Assembly (NCBI GenBank): GCA_039025235.1 | Contig: JBCCOS010000003.1 | Location: 72,659-136,658, forward strand | DNA from: Pseudomonadota bacterium | GTDB taxonomy: Bacteria > Pseudomonadota > Alphaproteobacteria > Caulobacterales > Parvularculaceae | Length of the DNA stretch: 64,000 nt | Reading direction: 5' to 3' | Part shown: positions 46,498 to 56,592 of the stretch, piece by piece | Position numbering within the stretch: position 1 is the first letter of the stretch | Layout of the letters: each line of letters begins with the position of its first letter | Notes under the pieces: generated by a model | The model's database searches: none | What the model was told of the DNA's origin: nothing | The model's input: only the letters and a program-made list of their open reading frames with translations | Made by a program: the position numbers and the translations under genes

Positions 46498-47183
46498 GAT
46501 AGGTCTTTTAACATGAATTTAAAGGCGTTGAAATCGGCCGCGATCGCCGATGCTCCGGCCGCGATAAGACACGCCCCGTGGTCAGGGGGGCAGTGTCCGC
46601 CACCGGTAAAGCCCCATACGGTCATGCCCGCGGCGCATGCCGCGCGAACCCCATTTTCACTATCTTCAAGCGCGAGGCAGTGTGTGGGGTTTTGCGCGAT
46701 CTGTTCGGCCGCATAGAGAAAGATATCCGGCGCAGGTTTGCCTGTGGCGACCCGATCCGCGGAGTAGATATGAGGGGCCGCGTAATCATAAAGGTCTGTG
46801 CGCTTCAGTTTTTTGATGAGAAACTCCGTACGCGATGAAGATGCGATGGCACATTGGCCGAAGCGTTGGCGCACGGTTTCAAGGGCTAACTGTGCTCCGG
46901 GCACGGCCTCCATCAGGTGCGAAAATCGTCGGCGTCCTTCAAGGATGTGGGTTTCGAAGTCTTCCGGTGCCGCTGCGCCATGTTTCGCTTCGAAGTCGGC
47001 GCGTAGGGCGTTAAAGAATGTTTGATCATGCATGCCAACGAAGCGCCGTACGAAAACCTCGTTTTCATAGTCGAGCCCAAAATTTCGGAGAGCCTCTAAC
47101 TCCCCGCGCATGCCAACGACTTCAGAGTCCACAAGGACACCATCACAATCGAAAATGACAGCGTTGATTGAAGCGTGCGCCAT
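46494..47183 (-). CDS. HAD-superfamily hydrolase (beta-phosphoglucomutase-like subfamily IA)
   Basis: AVIFDCDGVLVDSE motif I, a SSS/T motif II region, and EDSENGVRAACAAGM motif IV. Its stop overlaps the ltaE start. Confidence 0.85.
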   Translation of the reverse strand: MAHASINAVIFDCDGVLVDSEVVGMRGELEALRNFGLDYENEVFVRRFVGMHDQTFFNALRADFEAKHGAAAPEDFETHILEGRRRFSHLMEAVPGAQLALETVRQRFGQCAIASSSRTEFLIKKLKRTDLYDYAAPHIYSADRVATGKPAPDIFLYAAEQIAQNPTHCLALEDSENGVRAACAAGMTVWGFTGGGHCPPDHGACLIAAGASAIAADFNAFKFMLKDLS

Positions 47184-47229
47184 GGGTCATATCTTCGTCT
47201 AATGCGTGGTGACAGACAAGCGGCTAAGT

Positions 47230-48171
47230 TCATTTGTTGACCGGTGGCGCCTTCGCCTCCAAACGCGGTGGATGGACGAGTGTCACTAGGACCCAGGAAA
47301 TGATCATCAGCAGATACCATGATCCCATTTTTGAAAAGGACACCGGTCGCCATCCCGTTAGCTGATCGGGATATAACCAACTCCCGCTGAGTGTGCCGAC
47401 ATTTTCGGCGATCCAAATAAAGAGTGAAACCAAAAAGAATCCGAGCAAGAGCGGCATACGATGGCGCCATCGCCAGACACTGAATGACACCCAGGTGCGC
47501 CAGTAAAGTACACCCGCAAAGGCAAACAGTCCGAGACGAATGTCAGGACCGAAATGGTGCGTGAAAAAATTCATATAGATAAGGACAGCCAGCATCAGCG
47601 TCCAATGGCGGCGGGGATAGCGATTAAAAGAAAATTCGTGGGTCCTGGCGACGCGGGCGAGATAAGAGCCAACACTTGCATACATGAAACCGGAAAAAAG
47701 CGGTACGCCGCCCAACCGAAAGATATTCGCTTCAGGATAAGTCCATGACCCCATATGGGTTTTGAAGATCTCCATGAAGAGACCAACAGAATGGAAAATT
47801 AGAATAACCAGCGCTTCTTTGGGACGTTCAAGCTTGGTCATGATAAAGACAATTTGCAGCCCAATCGCATAAATGAGGAGGGCGTCGTATCGTGCGATGC
47901 TTGCGTGCTCTGGCCAAAATAATCCCGTAAAAATTAATGCAGCAAGGATAAGCCCGCCTAGAAGACAAGCCCATGCTTGTTTAATCCCGAATACCAGGAA
48001 TTCGACAGCAGCGTGAACAATAGGCGTTGGGATGAATTGGATGAGTTGCTGTTCCAACGGGGGCAAAAGGCGCGCAAGCGCTTCATTAACGCGGCTTTCC
48101 TGTTGTGTGGGGGATGCTTCGTCAACGTCGAGCTGCCGACTTCCATAGGGTGATAGTACCGGGTTAGGCAT
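47230..48171 (-). CDS. DUF817 family integral membrane protein
   Basis: VEFLVFGIKQAWACLLGGLIL... and a multi-TM body match my recollection of DUF817. Confidence 0.6.
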   Translation of the reverse strand: MPNPVLSPYGSRQLDVDEASPTQQESRVNEALARLLPPLEQQLIQFIPTPIVHAAVEFLVFGIKQAWACLLGGLILAALIFTGLFWPEHASIARYDALLIYAIGLQIVFIMTKLERPKEALVILIFHSVGLFMEIFKTHMGSWTYPEANIFRLGGVPLFSGFMYASVGSYLARVARTHEFSFNRYPRRHWTLMLAVLIYMNFFTHHFGPDIRLGLFAFAGVLYWRTWVSFSVWRWRHRMPLLLGFFLVSLFIWIAENVGTLSGSWLYPDQLTGWRPVSFSKMGSWYLLMIISWVLVTLVHPPRLEAKAPPVNK

Positions 48172-48218
48172 CGATGTTGAGGCTTTCTATTTCTTTGATC
48201 TTTCCCATACCGTCAATC

Positions 48219-48252
48219 AAAAAAGCCGGCGCCAAAATTTTGGCACCGGCTT
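48219..48252 (-). terminator. intrinsic terminator downstream of hppA
   Basis: Minus strand reads AAGCCGGTGCC-AAAATTTT-GGCGCCGGCTT followed by TTTT. An 11-bp stem with one G-U pair. Confidence 0.75.
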
Positions 48253-48280
48253 GTTCTTTCTAAGGCAAGGGACGGGTGCG

Positions 48281-50407
48281 CTATGCGCCGCCGCCTCCGG
48301 CCAGCGTTGCGAGCAGGAGCAGCGCAACGATATTGGTTATTTTAATCATCGGGTTAACCGCAGGGCCAGCCGTATCTTTATACGGATCACCCACCGTATC
48401 GCCGGTCACGGCTGCTTTATGGGCTTCTGAACCCTTGCCGCCATGGTTGCCGTCTTCAATATATTTCTTGGCGTTATCCCAAGCGCCGCCGCCGGCGGTC
48501 ATGGAAAGCGCCAAAAATAGACCGGTGACAATCACACCCATGAGCATTGCACCAACGGATGAGAGGGCAGCCGACTTTCCCGCCACAGCCAATACACCAA
48601 AGTAAAGTGCAATGGGCGAGAGGATTGGCAGAAGTGAAGGCACCATCATCTCTTTGATGGCCGCACGGGTCAGCATGTCAACGGCACGCCCATAGTCTGG
48701 CTTTTCCGTTCCTTGCATAATGCCAGGTTTTTCACGGAACTGCTTGCGAACTTCTTCCACGACGGCTCCAGCCGCGCGTCCAACCGACTGCATCGCCATC
48801 GACCCGAATAAATAGGGAAGGAGACCACCAAAGAAGAGACCAACCACGACGTATGGGTTCGACAACGAGAAGTCGATCACCACATCGGCGAAGAAAGGAA
48901 ACTCCTCCGGATGCGTTACAAAGTGATTGATGTCTTCGGTATAGGCCGCAAACAAGACAAGTGCGCCGAGACCTGCGGAGCCAATCGCATAACCCTTGGT
49001 CACCGCTTTGGTCGTGTTCCCAACAGCATCAAGCGCATCGGTCGTTTCGCGGACTGAGCCTTCAAGACCTGACATCTCCGCAATACCGCCAGCGTTGTCC
49101 GTAACAGGTCCAAAGGCATCAAGGGCAACAATCATACCCGCTAAGGCGAGCATGGTCGTGACCGCCGTTGCAATGCCATAAAGGCCGGCAAGGTTGTAAG
49201 CGGCAATAATGCCAATCACGATGACGAGCGCAGGCGCCGCTGTTGCTTCCATTGAAACGGCAAGCCCCTGAATCACATTCGTCCCATGTCCGGTTTCTGA
49301 AGCCGCTGCGACGGACTTAACCGGGCGAAATTCCGTGCTCGTATAAAACTCCGTGATCCATACGATAAGGCCGGTTACGACGAGACCTAAGACACCGCAC
49401 AAGAACAGGCTCATGCCCGTAAAGTTGGCCGACGCTATTGGCTCAGAAAAGCCAAAGATGCTCGCTGTCACCGCGGCAAGGGCTGCGAGGGACAGAACAC
49501 CTGTTGCGATCAGTCCCTTGTAGAGCGCGCCCATGATATTCGTGGAGCCTGAGCTTAAGCGAACAAAAAATGTCCCGGCCACTGATGTGATGATACAGGC
49601 CCCGCCAATAGCGAGAGGGTACAGCATCACCTGCGTTGCATTTGCCGTGTACAGAATGGAACCCAAAACCATGGTTGCCGCAACGGTCACCACATAGGTC
49701 TCGAACAGGTCGGCCGCCATGCCAGCGCAGTCGCCCACATTGTCGCCCACATTGTCCGCAATCGTCGCCGCGTTCCGAGGATCATCCTCAGGAATGCCCG
49801 CTTCAACCTTGCCGACCATATCGCCGCCAACGTCAGCGCCTTTGGTAAAGATACCACCGCCGAGGCGGGCAAACACCGAAATCAGAGACGCCCCAAGCGA
49901 GAGTGAAACGAGGCCGTTAACAACAGACCGGCTTTCCGGCGCTTTTCCGAGTAATCCGGTGAGGATACCATAATACCCAGCAAGACCAATCAGGGCGAGA
50001 CCAGCAACGAGCATGCCGGTTACAGCGCCAGCCCGAAATGCCACCGACAAACCTTTATCAAGGCTTTCGCTTGCCGCTTGCGTGGTGCGCACATTAGCCC
50101 GTACTGATACCAGCATGCCGATAAACCCAGCAAGGCCCGAAAGAACGGCGCCGATGGCAAATCCCATCGCAGGGATCGGATCAAAACTGAATGCAACCAT
50201 CAGTATCGCGAACACGATGGCGCCAGCGATGGCGATTGTTGTGTATTGGCGGTTGAGATAGGCTTGAGCGCCTTCTTGAATTGCACTGGCGATTTCTTTC
50301 ATCCGTTCATTACCCGCGGGCATCGCCATAACGGATTGAATGGTTAAAACGCCATAAGCGATCGCAAGCACCCCGGCGCCTAAGATCAGCCACAGACTAA
50401 GTGTCAT
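48281..50407 (-). CDS. hppA: membrane-bound proton-translocating pyrophosphatase
   Basis: 708 aa, about 16 TM segments. Motifs [39 protein letters not shown] and [13 protein letters not shown]. Confidence 0.97.
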   Translation of the reverse strand: MTLSLWLILGAGVLAIAYGVLTIQSVMAMPAGNERMKEIASAIQEGAQAYLNRQYTTIAIAGAIVFAILMVAFSFDPIPAMGFAIGAVLSGLAGFIGMLVSVRANVRTTQAASESLDKGLSVAFRAGAVTGMLVAGLALIGLAGYYGILTGLLGKAPESRSVVNGLVSLSLGASLISVFARLGGGIFTKGADVGGDMVGKVEAGIPEDDPRNAATIADNVGDNVGDCAGMAADLFETYVVTVAATMVLGSILYTANATQVMLYPLAIGGACIITSVAGTFFVRLSSGSTNIMGALYKGLIATGVLSLAALAAVTASIFGFSEPIASANFTGMSLFLCGVLGLVVTGLIVWITEFYTSTEFRPVKSVAAASETGHGTNVIQGLAVSMEATAAPALVIVIGIIAAYNLAGLYGIATAVTTMLALAGMIVALDAFGPVTDNAGGIAEMSGLEGSVRETTDALDAVGNTTKAVTKGYAIGSAGLGALVLFAAYTEDINHFVTHPEEFPFFADVVIDFSLSNPYVVVGLFFGGLLPYLFGSMAMQSVGRAAGAVVEEVRKQFREKPGIMQGTEKPDYGRAVDMLTRAAIKEMMVPSLLPILSPIALYFGVLAVAGKSAALSSVGAMLMGVIVTGLFLALSMTAGGGAWDNAKKYIEDGNHGGKGSEAHKAAVTGDTVGDPYKDTAGPAVNPMIKITNIVALLLLATLAGGGGA

Positions 50408-51066
50408 TTTTTATTCCTTCCCTGTTCGGACGGTTTTGCCTTTTACAAACATGCATTTCGAGAGCTGATCGATGAACCGGTGCAGTACTGGTTGCCGTCG
50501 CGCTCAAATTAATAGTCTGTGAAAGTGTGCAGACGCACGCCGAACGTTCGCTTTCGTTTCGTTAAAGGTTCAAATGAGAGTTTGCGCGTTTAGGCGGAAA
50601 AACTTCTGCTTTTGCTATTCGGCAAAAACCGCAAGATTGAAATCAATCCACTCTCGCCGAATGATCCATGCCGGCCAAAACCAGATTTGGTGAGACCGGG
50701 TTGGATCGGGTTTGGGCGAAAGCGATATCATCGCGTTCTTGAAGTTTTCGTGCCGAAAGAGGTTTCTCGGTTCCGAAGCCAGACATGGCCGCCACATGCA
50801 AACGCGCAAAAGAGCAAGTGACGCTTCAATCAAGCCCCCTTATTTTCGTTTTTGGTGATCGCAAAGCTGCGCTATAAAATCAACACCTTATATGGATCTT
50901 TCTTGAGGTCCGTGAAAGCGGATCACAATAATGGCGCTGTTATTGTCTGCACTATATAAAAGCAAGCGTGCAGAAATAAGCCCGATCACGCGTTTTTATG
51001 GACCGGTTATCGGATTCGAAATCAATATAATGACCGGATTTTTGAGGTACGGTCCTTTAGGAACAC

Positions 51067-51858
51067 TCACGCAGCGGTCGTGGTCACCGGATCTGGCCGT
51101 GACGGCTTATTGGCGCGCTGCACGGCTGCTTCGGCGTCCGTGAGTTCTTTCACCCAGGGATAACGTTTTGCCATTTCGGCATCATACCCAAGGTTCCGAG
51201 CTGTTTTTGTGCGCGGCGCATCCTGTGTCGTCCTGTAAAAGGTGCCAAAGATACGATCCCAATAGAATTCGGTTATGCCGTAGTTCCCGTGTTCATTGTG
51301 AAAATGATGAGCGAGGTGGCGTTCTTTCATAACGAGCCAAAATTTCGATTTCGGTTCGAAAGCGAGATGCTGGCCGCTATGCAAAAACTCAGTAATACAG
51401 GTCATGATGAGCGTCCCGGCGACTGCTGCTAGCGCTGTGGACGGGCCCGCAATCAACCAACCGGCAGGACCTGCAGCGATCAGGATTGTCGGCAAGGTTG
51501 TATGGAGCCCACCAAATAATACCGAAAGATCATTGGGATAAAGGTGATGATCATAATGGACCCGTTTCCAAAGCCGGGCAAAATAGGGAATCTTATACAT
51601 CCAGGAGCCGTGCAGTACGAACCGATGCAGCAGATACCAGGCGATTGGGAAAAGAAATGCGCCGAGCGCCATCGCTGCGATAAAAAGCACGGCTGATGTT
51701 GATAAATATGCCCCAATAGCGAGCGATAGCACAATAAGAACCGCATAAACCTGGATTGCCGGATAGGTCACATAAGCCCTGACCAAATCCTCAAAGGTCA
51801 TCCGATTCAGCAGATAGTTTTGCTCTTTCCAAGCACGGTATCCGATAAACAACTTCAT
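51067..51858 (-). CDS. fatty acid hydroxylase / sterol desaturase superfamily membrane enzyme
   Basis: Three histidine boxes: HRFVLHG, HYDHH and HLAHHFH. Hydrophobic N-terminal half. Confidence 0.8.
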   Translation of the reverse strand: MKLFIGYRAWKEQNYLLNRMTFEDLVRAYVTYPAIQVYAVLIVLSLAIGAYLSTSAVLFIAAMALGAFLFPIAWYLLHRFVLHGSWMYKIPYFARLWKRVHYDHHLYPNDLSVLFGGLHTTLPTILIAAGPAGWLIAGPSTALAAVAGTLIMTCITEFLHSGQHLAFEPKSKFWLVMKERHLAHHFHNEHGNYGITEFYWDRIFGTFYRTTQDAPRTKTARNLGYDAEMAKRYPWVKELTDAEAAVQRANKPSRPDPVTTTAA

Positions 51859-53223
51859 AAATTACCTCGGTGCGCCACCACGCAATGGCCCGATCTGTCT
51901 AAAGACGCATTGCTGCGATAGCAATCAAGACCGTTTCTAGCTTTGAGCGCTAGTAGATCCGCCAACGCGTTTCTTAAATAGTCAATTACACTCGGTGTTG
52001 TAACACCGTAAACCCTCTGCAGGGGGCCAAATCGTCTCGCTCGATGCGCATAACCATAAAACGCTGTCCGCTGGCATTTGATCGCTAGCCAATCATTCCC
52101 TCAGGGGAGCTTATTCCAAAACGGTGATTAACCAATAGATTATGCCAAAAAATGTCCATTTGCGTGGGGGCTGACTAGAAACTTGACCCACTTTAAAGTC
52201 GCAATATTGCGGCGAATTGCCTTGTATACGTTCATGCGCTAAAGGGCACGGCCATCGACTAGTTGGGGTCGAACCTACTGCTAAACGATTGTTTCGTTTA
52301 GGGAATGGTTCCTGATTATTCTTTTGCGTCCTTACGGTTTCGAAATAACCTCTTTCAAATAAGACGTTTGAGCCTGTGAAGGCGTTTTCCGCTGTGTTGA
52401 TCGAAATTACGCTCAACCCGATCGAGAATATTGTCGGGTCGTGAATTTATCAAATCGCTTAACATAATGGAATTTCGGCGCTAATACTGCGCGGTCAACA
52501 TATCAATTATGCGACTGAAAAGGTGGGGCAATCATTATTCGTCTCAATTTTTGAGGGAGTTTTCTGTTTTTGTCTCGGACTGTGTTCGGAAGACTTGGCC
52601 ACAACTTTCGTGTGAGCCCGACTAACGCTAAACTGAATCTATTATTCCGACCGTGTTATCAGGAAAGGATCAATTTAAGGAAACTAGACTGATCGATTGG
52701 CGGGGATAGAGATAGATCAATACTCGGCTTTTGGTCGGTTTCCCACTTATCCAGAATTGTGCCGCTCAAAAAAACTGGTCACTCTTTGAAAATCGCCCAA
52801 TCTTATTGGGACGAATGAGTACTTTGGCCAAGATTGTGCGTATTGGGTCGTGAATTGCAATAAAAAGGCAAATTACTTTTAAAGCGGGACTTTTAAAACG
52901 AGACTATTAAACAGGCCGGGGCAGCACGTTCGATGATGCGATGAAAGATTTTTGATGGAGTCAAAACTCTTGCGGGTCGTTTGCTAAACCAGCTCCAAGG
53001 CGGCAGTCGTCGAAGTTGTTAGTATTAAAGGGCTGGTATTTAGGTCACGCGGAAACTGAAATCTTCCGCGGTTTAGGGAAAGACCCGCCGGAGCGACTAG
53101 AACAAGTTGAGAGGTTAGCTATATGCTCAACGAAAAACATAAGTGGCGTATAATCAAAGAGCATTTAGCTTGCTGCTATTTCTTGTGCAGCTGTAGTGCG
53201 TCGGCGACCAGCGGGGGCTTTTA

Positions 53224-55032
53224 ATGTCCATTGAGATGACAGCCGGGATGATGGCTGCTGATACCTTGGTGCGTTCGGACAAAAACGCCCTTCAGCGCAA
53301 GATAGCGATTTCAGGGCTGAATTTTGCCCGCTTGACCGATGCTTTAGAAGCCGGGTCGGTAAAAGGCCGCGGGCTCAGTTTTTATGATGTGCGAGGGGCA
53401 TGTCGCGAGCGTCTGTCCCATAGTGACCTCAAGGTCAGAGCTCAGAGTCTGGCAGCGCGGATCTTGTCACGGTTTGATCGTGGTGATCGTGTTGGGATCG
53501 TTGCTGAGACAAGTCCGGACTTTGTTGTTGCATTTTTCGCGTGCCAATACGCTGGCGTCATCCCTGCACCCTTACCATTACCGGTTAATCTCGGCGGCAA
53601 AGAGGGGTATTTGCAGCAAATCAGGCAAATGTGCCTTAGTGCTGATGCGCGCGGCGTTATTGGTCCGAAAGATCTTGAGAGTTTTCTCGTCGCCGCCATC
53701 GATGGCTTAGCAAATACGCAATTTTTCAGTTTCGATGAACTAAGAGCGTTACCGACGTTTAACGGTGATATAAGGGCCTTCGAAGCGGATGAAATGTGTT
53801 ATATTCAATTTTCATCTGGTTCGACGAGCGCACCGAAGGGGGTCATTGGAACCCAGGCATCCGTCTGTGCTAATCTCTATGGTATTGCAACCTATGGTGT
53901 GCAGGTCACCGATGATGATGCCGTCGTAAGCTGGTTACCGCTCTATCACGACATGGGCCTAATAGGGTGTATGCTGACCCCGATCTTTACGGGTGTTGAT
54001 GGACATTTCTTGGCGACGTCTGATTTTGTCCGTCGTCCGCTTTTATGGCTTCGTCTTTTAACCGAGACGGGTGCAACGATGACATATAGCCCATCTTTTG
54101 GGTATGAATTAGCAGCCAGGCGTGCCGTTCGCGCCGAACCCGGATCGATCGATCTGGCTCGGTTAAGGGTGGCTGGCATTGGGGCAGATATGGTGCGGCC
54201 TGAAGCATTAAACGCCTTTGCTGACGCTTTTTCTGATTCGGGGTTTAAGGCAGGCGCGTTCCTCCCCAGTTACGGTATGGCAGAAGCAACCCTTGCGATT
54301 ACGTTTACTGAGATTGGCGAGGCGGTTAAGCTTGATGACGTTGATGTGCGTTTGCTTAATCGATCGGGAACAGCTCAGCCTGTCAGTGCTATAACACCGC
54401 AAGACAAGCGTCGTTCATTCGTGCGCTGTGGCAGGCCGCTCCCGGGGCATGACCTACAAGTTCGCGATGATGCGGGGGTACCGCTTTCCGATCGCCGCGA
54501 AGGGCGAATATTCATCAAAGGGCCGAGCCTTACGCCTGGTTACTATGGTCAGGTCGATGCGACGCGTGATCTTTACGACGGTGATTGGCTTGATACGGGT
54601 GATATGGGATACATGCTGGATGGCAATATCGTTATTACAGGTCGTGCCAAGGATCTTATTATCATCAATGGGCGGAACATTTGGCCGCAGGATATTGAAT
54701 GGGCTGTCGAGGAAATAGACGGTGTTCGTAAAAACGGTGTCGCAGCGTTTTCGGTTGATGATGGCGCGAGCGAGCGTATCGTTGTCGTTACGGAACGGCG
54801 TGGCGGCATGACGGCCGATGAACTAGCTGAACTTAAGCGGGAAATAGCGAAAATCATTCAAATGACAGCTGGTGCGCCTGCCGAGATTGTGCTGGCGCGA
54901 CCCCATTCCATGGTCCTGACGTCATCGGGAAAATTGTCTCGTTCAAAAGTCAAAGAAAAGTTTTTGAGCGGAGCATTTGAACAAATCGAGAATGCAGAAC
55001 CAGAAAAAGCATTTGCAGAAGCTGGGTCGTAG
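53224..55032 (+). CDS. fatty acyl-AMP ligase / acyl-ACP synthetase-like adenylating enzyme
   Basis: AMP-binding motif YIQFSSGSTSAPKGV, GDMGY and KLSRSKV. About 600 aa, which is FAAL-like. Confidence 0.85.
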   Translation: MSIEMTAGMMAADTLVRSDKNALQRKIAISGLNFARLTDALEAGSVKGRGLSFYDVRGACRERLSHSDLKVRAQSLAARILSRFDRGDRVGIVAETSPDFVVAFFACQYAGVIPAPLPLPVNLGGKEGYLQQIRQMCLSADARGVIGPKDLESFLVAAIDGLANTQFFSFDELRALPTFNGDIRAFEADEMCYIQFSSGSTSAPKGVIGTQASVCANLYGIATYGVQVTDDDAVVSWLPLYHDMGLIGCMLTPIFTGVDGHFLATSDFVRRPLLWLRLLTETGATMTYSPSFGYELAARRAVRAEPGSIDLARLRVAGIGADMVRPEALNAFADAFSDSGFKAGAFLPSYGMAEATLAITFTEIGEAVKLDDVDVRLLNRSGTAQPVSAITPQDKRRSFVRCGRPLPGHDLQVRDDAGVPLSDRREGRIFIKGPSLTPGYYGQVDATRDLYDGDWLDTGDMGYMLDGNIVITGRAKDLIIINGRNIWPQDIEWAVEEIDGVRKNGVAAFSVDDGASERIVVVTERRGGMTADELAELKREIAKIIQMTAGAPAEIVLARPHSMVLTSSGKLSRSKVKEKFLSGAFEQIENAEPEKAFAEAGS

Positions 55033-55119
55033 TTTTTCGTCGTATACCCCCCTAAAAGGCTGCCGCAAAAAATGCGATCGACAAGTTGATAAGATCGATC
55101 AATCACTCAGCGTTGATCT

Positions 55120-56082
55120 ATGAACCGAGACGTTAAGCGTATTGCCATTACTGGCGGAACAGGTTTTGTCGGGAAGCGATTCATTGAGCACGCGCTTTCG
55201 CATAATATAGAGATCTCTGCTTTGGCACGGAAGGCTTCAGCATTTTCTTCGGACGCTGAAGCGCGATCGTCTGGCCAGTTGACGATTGTGCAAGGGGACC
55301 TCGCCGATGGTGATGCGCTGCGGCGTATCGCCAATAGCGCGGATGTTTTCATTCATTGTGCCGGTCTGACGCACGCGCTGCGTGCCGAAGAGATGGAGCG
55401 TGTGAATGTTGACGGTTCGGCTGCCGCGGCGCGCGCGGCCATGGCGGCTGGCGCTTTGTTCCTACAGATTTCGTCAATGGCGGCTCGATGCCCTGAGCTT
55501 TCTACCTATTCGGCGACCAAGAGAGCGGGCGAAGAGGCAAGCCGTAATGAGTGCGCCTCTGATCAGTGGCTTGCGCTGCGCCCACCCGCTATCTTCGGGC
55601 CTGGCGACACCGCAACATTACCATTATTTAAGATGGTCAAGGCAGGTTTTGCCCCAGAGCCGGCGACCCCAACGGTGGCGCGGGCCTCAATTCTCTATGT
55701 GGATGACGTCGTCATGGCGATGCTTTCGGCTGCAAAAACAGCGAAGCCAGGACTTTGCTATGACATCGATGACACATCGTCTGACGGATACAGTTGGCGT
55801 GAGATCGGTGAAACGCTTGGTGAGGCGTTCGGCAAACAGGTGCGATCGTTTCGCACACCTCGTATTGTGATGGAAGCTCAGGCCATTCTTGCTGAGGCTG
55901 CCGGCCGCGTTCGTGGTAAAGCGAGTTTTGTTAACCGCGGCAAAGTGGCTGAGTTTTTTCATCCCGACTGGGTCGCGCGAGACAATCTTTTGAGCGCTCA
56001 TACCGAATGGGCTGCGACAATACCTCTTCGGGATGGGTTTGCAAAAACACTCAGCTGGTATCAAGACCAAGGACTGATATAA
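55120..56082 (+). CDS. NAD-dependent epimerase/dehydratase-family SDR (CerR-like reductase candidate)
   Basis: IAITGGTGFVGKRF Rossmann motif and YSATKRAGE (YxxxK). Position between the adenylating enzyme and the ACP. Confidence 0.8.
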   Translation: MNRDVKRIAITGGTGFVGKRFIEHALSHNIEISALARKASAFSSDAEARSSGQLTIVQGDLADGDALRRIANSADVFIHCAGLTHALRAEEMERVNVDGSAAAARAAMAAGALFLQISSMAARCPELSTYSATKRAGEEASRNECASDQWLALRPPAIFGPGDTATLPLFKMVKAGFAPEPATPTVARASILYVDDVVMAMLSAAKTAKPGLCYDIDDTSSDGYSWREIGETLGEAFGKQVRSFRTPRIVMEAQAILAEAAGRVRGKASFVNRGKVAEFFHPDWVARDNLLSAHTEWAATIPLRDGFAKTLSWYQDQGLI

Positions 56083-56220
56083 TAGACACCAAAATTAGAT
56101 GAAACCTCGGATATTTGGCCTAGACGCTGTATCTGGACGCTGTATTCCGAGTGACAGTGGTTAAACGCGCGAAATCAGCTAACCTATCCGTTAAGCGATA
56201 ACGATACGGCGGGACGAATT

Positions 56221-56508
56221 ATGACGAGCACCAATGATGCACCGGCGACCGGTGTTGAAGAAGATAACGACCTTGTCTTTCGAAAGCTATGTAGTCTTAT
56301 TGATCCGTTAAACACGACTGGCGTTAAGCTGACGCGGGATACGGATCTTGTTGCTGATTTAGAAATCGATAGTGTTTCGATCCTCGATGTGGTGATGGAG
56401 ATCGAAGATACTTATGATATCTCTATTCCAGTGAATACGATTTCAGAGACCAGAAGCATTGGTGAGCTTGTCGATGCAATTCATGCGATAAAGAAAGAAC
56501 AAACCTAA
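56221..56508 (+). CDS. acyl carrier protein
   Basis: LVADLEIDSVSILDVVMEIED contains the DS phosphopantetheine-attachment site. 95 aa. Confidence 0.85.
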   Translation: MTSTNDAPATGVEEDNDLVFRKLCSLIDPLNTTGVKLTRDTDLVADLEIDSVSILDVVMEIEDTYDISIPVNTISETRSIGELVDAIHAIKKEQT

Positions 56509-56592
56509 CGTGACCAACATGCGTTGGCATCAGTAAACCAATATCAGCCAAAGTTGATTAGACGGTCGCGTCAATAATTCGAGAAATAGTTT

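Noticed and set aside
52250-52300. tRNA-like T-arm string (GGGGTCGAACCTAC / reverse GTAGGTTCGACCCC)
   Set aside because: The flanking bases do not form a T-stem, and I could not fold an acceptor or anticodon arm. I could not support any tRNA anywhere in the window.
52111-52416. 101-aa minus-strand ORF in the ORF-poor region
   Set aside because: It has no recognisable motifs, no ribosome-binding site that I could see, and sits in AT-rich surroundings. I kept it as part of the non-coding-region finding rather than calling a gene. A decayed gene remnant cannot be excluded.
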